Shown here in pieces: positions 56,809-64,000 of a stretch of 64,000 nucleotides of DNA. The notes under the pieces are model-generated. The model did not search any database, was not told the DNA's origin, and saw nothing but the letters and a program-made list of their open reading frames with translations. The translations under genes were made by a program, and so were the position numbers. The stretch spans positions 32,001-96,000 of the forward strand of contig CAWBEI010000002.1 of NCBI GenBank assembly GCA_963787835.1, read 5' to 3'. Position 1 is the stretch's first letter, and the number at the start of each line of letters is the position of its first letter. The stretch is from Ignavibacteriota bacterium. GTDB lineage: Bacteria; Bacteroidota; Ignavibacteria; Palsa-1295.

Positions 56809-57761
56809 TGGCAAAGACTCGGGCACCAAGAAATCGTACGCTTCCACTCGATGAAAGAGAGCGTGAGCACCACAGATCAAAGCTATTGCATCTTGCTGCA
56901 TCTGCCAATATCGAAACAATTCTGAATCGAACAATTCACGGTGATATTCATAAAGTTGCTAAATTTTTGCCTCCATCATTCGTTGATCTTCTGATCCTCG
57001 ACCCTCCTTATAATCTTAGTAAGACGTTTCACTCAAATTCATTTTCACAAAAGTCGATCAGTGATTATAGCCAATGGTTTGAAGAGTGGTTTGTTGCGCT
57101 GGTTCCTCTCTTGAAGCCTGATGCCTCGCTCTACGTATGCTCAGATTGGCAAACTTCAACAGCGATCCACAGCGTGCTCGAAAAGCATACACACGTTCGC
57201 AACCGCATAACCTGGGGCCGAGAAAAAGGACGCGGCGCCAAGGCTAACTGGAAGAATAGCATGGAGGATATTTGGTTTTGTACGATGTCGGATAAATATT
57301 ATTTTGATGTCGATGCTGTAAAAATTCGCCGCAAAGTAATCGCACCATATAAAACGAACGGACTGCCGAAAGACTGGACGGAATCCGACACAGGCAATAC
57401 TCGCATTACCCATCCCAGTAATTTTTGGGATGATATTACGGTTCCCTTTTGGTCCATGCCAGAAAATACTGACCATCCTACTCAAAAACCGGAAAAGTTG
57501 ATTGCAAAATTAATTCTGGCAAGTTCTGCCCCGGGAGCCATTGTGCTCGATCCCTCCTGCGGATCGGGCACCACTTCTGTCGTGGCTAAAAAACTTGGGC
57601 GGCATTTTGTCGGTGTGGAAATGGATGAAATGTACGCCTGCTTGACTGAGAAACGATTGCAGCTTGCAAACAACGATACACGGATCCAGGGCTTTTCCGA
57701 TGGTGTATTCTGGGAGCGGAATTCTATCCCGGCGCGACAAAAATTATCTGAAAATTCATGA
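56808..57761 (+). CDS. Orphan N4/N6 DNA methyltransferase (beta group)
   Basis: DPPY before HPTQKP and DPSCGSGT. Confidence 0.9.
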   Translation: MAKTRAPRNRTLPLDEREREHHRSKLLHLAASANIETILNRTIHGDIHKVAKFLPPSFVDLLILDPPYNLSKTFHSNSFSQKSISDYSQWFEEWFVALVPLLKPDASLYVCSDWQTSTAIHSVLEKHTHVRNRITWGREKGRGAKANWKNSMEDIWFCTMSDKYYFDVDAVKIRRKVIAPYKTNGLPKDWTESDTGNTRITHPSNFWDDITVPFWSMPENTDHPTQKPEKLIAKLILASSAPGAIVLDPSCGSGTTSVVAKKLGRHFVGVEMDEMYACLTEKRLQLANNDTRIQGFSDGVFWERNSIPARQKLSENS

Positions 57762-57819
57762 GAATCGCAATCGGCACCTAATTTGTTCTGTTTAATAGAC
57801 TGTACTCACAACCACGAAC

Positions 57820-58317
57820 ATGCCTGACCGATTAAGCGCCCTCGACCTCAAGAAAAAAGAATTCCAGCACGTTTGGCGCGGTGACGACGCGAATGAAGTA
57901 CGCGCCTTCCTCGACCGCGCCGCTGCGGAAGTAGAACAGCTCACTATCGAGAAACGCGATGCAGAGGATCGCCTCGTCAATGCGTTAGAACGGCTCGAAT
58001 ATTACGTCTCTCTCGAGCAGACGATCGAAAAAACCCTTGCCGCGTCGCAGCAGACCGTCGTTAAGATGGAGGAACAAGCAAGAAAGGAATCTGAACTAAT
58101 CCTTCGAGAAGCACGCCAGGAACGAGACCGGAGCGTTAACGAGGCGCGCTTGGAATTAGAACGACTCCAAGCCGATATTGCTCGCGCGCGAAGCGAGTTC
58201 CTTGCCACCGTCGCAAGAATGCGCTCGACTATCGTAGGATTCGAATCCTTCATGCAGGCGCTCGAACAGGAAGCATTGCCGAGTACCGCCGCCGCAACTG
58301 ATGCGGCGAGGCGATAA
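57820..58317 (+). CDS. DivIVA domain protein
   Basis: LSALDL..KEF..RG....EV.AFL plus coiled coil. Confidence 0.82.
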   Translation: MPDRLSALDLKKKEFQHVWRGDDANEVRAFLDRAAAEVEQLTIEKRDAEDRLVNALERLEYYVSLEQTIEKTLAASQQTVVKMEEQARKESELILREARQERDRSVNEARLELERLQADIARARSEFLATVARMRSTIVGFESFMQALEQEALPSTAAATDAARR

Positions 58318-58322
58318 GCACT

Positions 58323-59255
58323 GTGACGCCCACTCGAATTAGCGTCATCATCATCACCAGGAATCGCGCGGCCTATCTGAAGGAATGCGTCGATTCGATC
58401 TTGATGCAGGATCATCCCGATTTCGAAATTCTCATTGGTGATAATGGCTCGACGGATGGTACAATAGAGTATCTTCAAGAACTTTCCCGAAATGAGCCGC
58501 GTGTAATAGCACGTTTCAATGGCAAAAATCTTGGTTCCTGTCTTGGGCGAAATTTATTGCTTCAGCAAGCGAAGGGCGAACTTTGGTTCATCATCGATGA
58601 CGATGCAACGTTCCAATTCAAAGACGATCTGCGAAAAGCTGCTTTAGAATTCGAGAAACACCCCAATGCCGGTGCGATAGGATTCACCGTTGTAAACGCG
58701 AACGATCCAAAAACGCTGAACTTATGGATGTATCAAGCGAAGCCCGAATTAGCGAGAAATAAAGAATTTCGTTCCGCGCAATTTGCAAGCTGCGCTGTTT
58801 GTTTTCGGCGCGAGGCAATGGAAGCAGCAAAATTCGCTCCGGGAGAGTATTTCGTAAACTCGTTCTTTTATAGCTGGGACGAATTCCCTATTGCGTGGCG
58901 GTTGCTTGAAACAGGATGGGAATGCTGGTACTCCCCCGCTGTCGCCATTCGCCACTATGGTTCTGCGACAATAGATACGCCAACCGCACACCGCGTGAAT
59001 CTCGATGCAAAAAGCGTGGGACAGTTTGCCGGACTTATCCTTCCATTTCCGTATGGATGGCGGAAGTACGTCATTCATCTCAGCCTCTGGATGTTGAAGC
59101 GCGCTTGGCGAACAAATACGATAAGCGCCTGTCTCTCTGGATTTTTGCAGGGCATCCCGGCGTTCTTCTCCGAACAACGAAAGCATCTTAAGGTTAGACC
59201 CCAGACAGCGAAGGCATTTATTGCCTTGGTCGAAGCAGAAAAGAGAGTTTCATAG
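58323..59255 (+). CDS. Glycosyltransferase family 2
   Basis: SVIII, DNGSTDGT, IDDD. Confidence 0.88.
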   Translation: MTPTRISVIIITRNRAAYLKECVDSILMQDHPDFEILIGDNGSTDGTIEYLQELSRNEPRVIARFNGKNLGSCLGRNLLLQQAKGELWFIIDDDATFQFKDDLRKAALEFEKHPNAGAIGFTVVNANDPKTLNLWMYQAKPELARNKEFRSAQFASCAVCFRREAMEAAKFAPGEYFVNSFFYSWDEFPIAWRLLETGWECWYSPAVAIRHYGSATIDTPTAHRVNLDAKSVGQFAGLILPFPYGWRKYVIHLSLWMLKRAWRTNTISACLSGFLQGIPAFFSEQRKHLKVRPQTAKAFIALVEAEKRVS

Positions 59256-59283
59256 AAAATCTTCGATTAAGCCTTTCAAGGAA

Positions 59284-59387
59284 CGTCATTGCGAGGAACC
59301 CCGGAGGGGTGACGAAGCAATCTGTTGAGATTCAGCCGAATCCCAACAGATTGCTTCGCCTCTCCTTCGTCGAAGCTCGCAATGACG
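59284..59387. repeat. GTCATTGCGAG-family palindromic repeat
   Basis: CGTCATTGCGAG..CGAAGCAATCTGTTG ... CAACAGATTGCTTCG..CTCGCAATGACG. Confidence 0.8.
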
Positions 59388-59403
59388 ACCACTAAAATTT
59401 TTA

Positions 59404-62400
59404 ATGCATAAATACGAGCCATTACCAGCAACCTTCTCTCCTGATGAGCGAGAACATCGCATTTTGGAGAGATGGAAGGAGAAAAATATATTTCGCCGCT
59501 CCGTTGAGGAGCGCGATGCGGAGCGTGTTTTTTCTTTTTATGAAGGGCCCCCCACGGTTAACGGCACACCGGGCATTCACCACGTTTTTTCGCGTACTAT
59601 TAAGGATGCCATCTGCCGTTACAAAACGATGTCTGGATTTCGCGTGGAGCGTAAGGCCGGATGGGATACGCACGGCCTTCCCGTCGAGATTGCGATCGAG
59701 AAAGAGCTTGGATTTCGCCATAAGAACGAGATCGTCGAGTATGGTGTCGGCAAATTCAATGAGAAGTGCAAAGAGCTTGTCTATAGCAACATCAGCCGCG
59801 ATGCCGGCTGGCGCGAACTGACCGAGCGCATGGGATATTGGGTCAATATGGATGACCCTTACATCACCTGCACGAACGATTATATCGAATCCGTCTGGTG
59901 GGCGATAAAGAAGTTCCATGATGCGGGACTGATCTATAAAGGCTTCAAAATTCAGCCCTATTGCCCCCGCTGCGAGACGGCGCTTTCGTCGCATGAAGTA
60001 TCGCTTGGATACGATACCGCGAAAGATCCAAGCGTGTATGTAAAATTCAGACGAAAGAATGTTCCGGAAGAGGAATTCTTCCTCGCATGGACCACTACGC
60101 CTTGGACGCTGCTTTCGAATGTAGCACTCGCCGTGCATCCCGATGTAGAGTACGTCACGGTAATCAATACGCGAAAAGACAAGATCGAACGCCTAATTCT
60201 CGCTGAAGCATTGATCGGCAAGCTCGAAGGAGAGACGGAGATTGTTGCTCGTACACTTGGAAAAGATTTGGGAGGGCAGCACTATGAACCGCTGTTCGAT
60301 TATCTATCCAAATCCTCCTACCCGGTTTTTGATAGGCAAAAACTGGAGAACGCATACAAGATTGTTGTCGACACCTATGTTTCCACCGAAGATGGAACTG
60401 GAATTGTTCACCAAGCTCCCGCTTTTGGTGAGGACGATTATCGCGTATCGCAACGTGAAGGTCTGCCGCTTGCCATCACCGTTTCGAGTAATGGAGAGAT
60501 AAATCTGGATTCTCCATACAAAGGAAAGTTTTTCAAAGATGCCGATCCTGAAATAACGGCGGAGTTAAAAGAAAAAGGCTTGCTATATCGTCGCGAGACG
60601 ATCGAGCATACCTACCCCTTTTGCTGGCGATGTGATACAGCACTGCTCTATTATGCGCGTGATTCGTGGTATATCCGCGTGACGGAATACAAGCAGAAAC
60701 TGATCGAGCAAAACCAAACTATAAACTGGCAACCACCGGAAATTCGAGATGGCCGGTTTGGCAATTGGCTGGAAGAACTAAAAGACTGGGGATTTTCCCG
60801 TGAGCGTTTTTGGGGAACTCCGCTGCCGATCTGGGTGTGCGAAAAATGCAACGTACAAAAGTGTGTTGGCTCGTTCGAGGAATTCGCAAATGGGAAGGAT
60901 AAGAATTTCGATCCGCACAAACCACATGTTGATGAACTCACATTCGTCTGCTCCTGTGGCGGAACAATGAAGCGCACTCCCGAAGTGATCGATGTTTGGT
61001 TCGATTCCGGTTCAGTGCCATTCGCGCAACACCATTTTATGGGTGAGACTACGAAGCCCATCAATTATCCTGCCGATTACATTTCGGAGGGTATCGACCA
61101 AACACGCGGATGGTTTTACACCATGCATGCGATCAACACATTCCTGTTTGGCGAGCGCGCGTATAAGAATGTGATCGTCAACGACATGCTGCTCGATAAA
61201 AAGGGTCAGAAAATGTCGAAGTCGAAGGGAAATATCGTTGATCCTTTTTCCGTGATGACAAAATATGGTGCCGATGCCACGCGCTGGTATCTGCTCTCTG
61301 CTGCCGTGCCGTGGAAACCGCGCGCCTTCAATGAAGACGATCTCGGCGAACTGGAACGCAAGCTCTTTGGCACACTCACGAATACGTATGGATTTTTCGC
61401 ACTCTATGCGAACATCGACAACTATTCTTACGATGCGAAAAAAATAATTCAGGTGCAAAAACGCGCCGAAGTTGACCGCTGGATCTTATCCAAGCTGAAT
61501 TCGCTCATTAAAGAATGCCGCGAAGAACTTGACGCTTACGACCTCACAAAACCGGCACGTGCTATCCAGGAATTTGTGATGGAGCAGCTTTCGAATTGGT
61601 ACATTCGCCGCAATCGCCGCCGTTTCTGGAAAGGAGAACAAGGCGAGGACAAACAAGCAGCCTACGATACGCTTTACGAATGCCTGTTAACTATTTCGAA
61701 GCTGATGGCTCCGCTCGCGCCATTCTTTTCGGATTGGATGTATCAGGCGCTTTCCGGTTCTGGAGATTCGGTACATCTTACTCTGTATCCAGAAGTGAAC
61801 GATATCGCGATTGACGCTCCGCTTGAACGTAGAATGGAATCAGCACAGATCGTCTCATCGCTGGTGCGGCAAATGCGGGAGCGCGCGAAGCTGCGCGTTC
61901 GCCAACCCCTTTCGCGCATTCTTATTCCCGTTGCGCGGCGAAATGAGATAGATGAACTGCGAAAAGTCGAAGACGTGATCCGCGAGGAAGTGAACGTCAA
62001 GCGCGTGGAATATGTCGAAGCCGGTGACAGCGATGTCATAAAACTAAAAGCGAAAGCGAATTTCAAATCGCTTGGCTCGAAACTTGGTGGTATGATGAAA
62101 GCTGTAGCGGCGCGAGTACAGAAGTTATCGCAGGATGAAATCCGTGCATACCAAACCGTAGGCAGTCTGGCATTCGAGATCGATGGGGCTAACGTCATTC
62201 TCGAACATGGCGACATCGAAATTATTGCGGAGGATGTCGAAGGATGGCTTGTTTCAAGCGAAGGTGCGGTAACGGTCGCGCTCGATACTGCAATGACTCC
62301 TGAACTCTTACACGAAGGCATGGCTCGCGAATTCGTGAACCGCGTTCAAAATCTCCGCAAAGATTCTGGATATGATGTAACGGATCGCATCGAGATCTTC

Positions 62401-62574
62401 GTAACATCGGAGTCGCCGGAACTGATGGATGCCGTGCAGAAATTTGCTGGATTTATTCAGCAGGAAACGCTCGCGAATGGGATTTCCCGGAATGCTCTTG
62501 AGGACGGGAGCCCATCCACGGATCTGGACATTCTTGGGTACGCGGTGAACGTTCAAATAGCCAGAACCAGCTAA
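59404..62574 (+). CDS. ileS: Isoleucine--tRNA ligase (type 2)
   Basis: GPPTVNG.PGIHH, GWDTHGLP, WTTTPWTL, EGIDQTRGWF, KMSKS, type-2 C-terminal extension. Confidence 0.97.
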   Translation: MHKYEPLPATFSPDEREHRILERWKEKNIFRRSVEERDAERVFSFYEGPPTVNGTPGIHHVFSRTIKDAICRYKTMSGFRVERKAGWDTHGLPVEIAIEKELGFRHKNEIVEYGVGKFNEKCKELVYSNISRDAGWRELTERMGYWVNMDDPYITCTNDYIESVWWAIKKFHDAGLIYKGFKIQPYCPRCETALSSHEVSLGYDTAKDPSVYVKFRRKNVPEEEFFLAWTTTPWTLLSNVALAVHPDVEYVTVINTRKDKIERLILAEALIGKLEGETEIVARTLGKDLGGQHYEPLFDYLSKSSYPVFDRQKLENAYKIVVDTYVSTEDGTGIVHQAPAFGEDDYRVSQREGLPLAITVSSNGEINLDSPYKGKFFKDADPEITAELKEKGLLYRRETIEHTYPFCWRCDTALLYYARDSWYIRVTEYKQKLIEQNQTINWQPPEIRDGRFGNWLEELKDWGFSRERFWGTPLPIWVCEKCNVQKCVGSFEEFANGKDKNFDPHKPHVDELTFVCSCGGTMKRTPEVIDVWFDSGSVPFAQHHFMGETTKPINYPADYISEGIDQTRGWFYTMHAINTFLFGERAYKNVIVNDMLLDKKGQKMSKSKGNIVDPFSVMTKYGADATRWYLLSAAVPWKPRAFNEDDLGELERKLFGTLTNTYGFFALYANIDNYSYDAKKIIQVQKRAEVDRWILSKLNSLIKECREELDAYDLTKPARAIQEFVMEQLSNWYIRRNRRRFWKGEQGEDKQAAYDTLYECLLTISKLMAPLAPFFSDWMYQALSGSGDSVHLTLYPEVNDIAIDAPLERRMESAQIVSSLVRQMRERAKLRVRQPLSRILIPVARRNEIDELRKVEDVIREEVNVKRVEYVEAGDSDVIKLKAKANFKSLGSKLGGMMKAVAARVQKLSQDEIRAYQTVGSLAFEIDGANVILEHGDIEIIAEDVEGWLVSSEGAVTVALDTAMTPELLHEGMAREFVNRVQNLRKDSGYDVTDRIEIFVTSESPELMDAVQKFAGFIQQETLANGISRNALEDGSPSTDLDILGYAVNVQIARTS

Positions 62575-62752
62575 AATGGTCGAATTTGCTTATTATTTTG
62601 AGGAATAGATAATTCTTTGAATATTGAGCATTAGACGGATTCTTTCGGGCAACGGGTTGTTTTGACACATCTGTATTAAAAAATCCCCTGATCACAGCGG
62701 TAAAACGGCTAAATACAGGGTGTTTTTAAGCTTAGGAGGTCAAAAGTAACCT

Positions 62753-63667
62753 ATGGCAATAGCGAAAAAGTCTAGCTCGGCCAAGCGATCGGCACCACCC
62801 ACCTCGCGTGCTAAATCCTCGGCCAAAAAGGTGCAACCTGGCGCAACCCGCACGGTTGCAAAAAATGCTCCTGCAAAGGGAGCCAAACAGGGCACAAAGT
62901 CCATCGCACGCAAAGCAAAAACGCCTCGCATTGCAGCAAAGAACACTCAGTCGAAAAAAGCTATCACATCGAAGCCACGCATAATCTCTAAGCCAGAATC
63001 TGGAAAAGCCGCTGTAGCACCTACACAAAAAAGCGATACAAAAACAATTGCGACGCAGGTCGTTCAAGCACCTCCCATTGCTAAACTCCCTGCGCAACAA
63101 CACTCAACTATGTCGAACACTATAAAGAACAAGATGGAAGTAGCACCCGGCGGAGGAATCGTCCAGCCGGCAACACGTACGATACCCGAAATGCGTTTGC
63201 TTGCGGATGACGCAGAAATTCTCGCGTCTGCCTCGGAGCGTTACGGGCGTAAAGATCTCGAAGCATTTCGAAAATTGATCCTTGAACAGGTGCAGGAAGC
63301 CCGCGAAGAATTTGAAATTCTCAGCCAGAATATCCTGGATACCTCCGGGGAGTTCGAAGCCGATAATCAGACCTACTCCTTACACACCGCCGAACAAGGC
63401 ACGGATGCGATCGAGCGAGAGAAAACTTTCCTTCATGCCCAGCGCACCAGTGATTTTATTAAAAAGCTCGATGCTGCGCTCGAGCGCATCGACCGTGGTA
63501 CCTATGGTATTTGCGTTGTTTGCGGAGGGTTGATCGAAAAGGAGCGCCTTCAGGCAGTGCCCATTACGCAAAAACATGTGGATTGCAAAAATCGGACACA
63601 AGTTCGCAAGCCCGGAAACGGCAACAGCGGATTTCGTGACGAGGAACCACCCCCGAATGTCGATTAA
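62753..63667 (+). CDS. TraR/DksA family regulator with Lys/Ala-rich N-terminal extension
   Basis: ALERI..GTYGICVVCG..I.KERL.AVP; lies between ileS and lspA. Confidence 0.88.
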   Translation: MAIAKKSSSAKRSAPPTSRAKSSAKKVQPGATRTVAKNAPAKGAKQGTKSIARKAKTPRIAAKNTQSKKAITSKPRIISKPESGKAAVAPTQKSDTKTIATQVVQAPPIAKLPAQQHSTMSNTIKNKMEVAPGGGIVQPATRTIPEMRLLADDAEILASASERYGRKDLEAFRKLILEQVQEAREEFEILSQNILDTSGEFEADNQTYSLHTAEQGTDAIEREKTFLHAQRTSDFIKKLDAALERIDRGTYGICVVCGGLIEKERLQAVPITQKHVDCKNRTQVRKPGNGNSGFRDEEPPPNVD

Positions 63668-63713
63668 GACTGCCCGAACTGACGTTCGCTTCGCCTAATT
63701 TTAGCCTCTGCGC

Positions 63714-64000
63714 ATGGCTGTACTCTGGATAACTTTTATTGTCGTTTTGATCGATCAGGCTACCAAGCTGATGGTCAAGGGTTCCCCGTGGCATTGGCTC
63801 CCTTTTTCGGGCATGCCCTATGGGCACTCCATTCCTTTTCTCGATGATATCGTTCGGATCACCTACATTGAGAATCCTGGAATTGCCTTCGGGATCACGA
63901 TCCCCGGCTTTAAAGTATTCTTCGCAGTGTTCTCTATCGTCGCATCCGTTGCGATCCTGATCTATCTGAAGCGCAATCTTCATCGATTACGATTGGGCGA
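63714..64000 (+). CDS. lspA: Signal peptidase II (partial, runs off the window)
   Basis: Manual translation: MAVLWITFIVVLIDQATKLMVK...YIENPGIAFG. Confidence 0.88.
   Translation, partial: MAVLWITFIVVLIDQATKLMVKGSPWHWLPFSGMPYGHSIPFLDDIVRITYIENPGIAFGITIPGFKVFFAVFSIVASVAILIYLKRNLHRLRLG

Noticed and set aside
63564-63983. 139-aa minus-strand ORF
   Set aside because: Antisense to the partial lspA and the dksA 3' end
1-64000. CRISPR array, rRNA, tRNA, reverse transcriptase
   Set aside because: Repeats are inverted doublets, not regularly spaced direct repeats; no cas, RT or structural RNA signature was recognised by eye

Overview
The window looks like a Bacteroidota/FCB-superphylum chromosome (Kapabacteria/Ignavibacteria-like). 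This is inferred from nine proteins with T9SS-type C-terminal sorting domains, TAnnTTTG promoter motifs, a type-2 IleRS and an atp operon lacking atpD/atpC. Housekeeping blocks are mpl/meaB, dnaN-recF-dciA, atpZ-I-B-E-F-H-A-G and yggS-divIVA-ileS-dksA-lspA. They alternate with arrays of secreted paralogues. The most notable features are: (1) one ORF fusing a serine palmitoyltransferase-like PLP enzyme to a bacterial ceramide synthase (bCerS)-like GNAT domain, with a stand-alone paralogue of that domain about 12 kb downstream; (2) a tandem pair of T9SS arylsulfotransferases, one of which has lost two catalytic histidines; (3) a KdoO/GT9/acyltransferase/FeeM-like envelope-lipid cluster; (4) a RavA-like ATPase, a YD-repeat protein and a vWA protein, interrupted by a Y1 transposase with long inverted REP-like flanks; (5) many distinct palindromic repeat families, some inside coding sequence. 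Two genes carry single-base frameshifts. I recognised no rRNA, tRNA or CRISPR array. All family assignments come from motif recognition by eye, not database searches.
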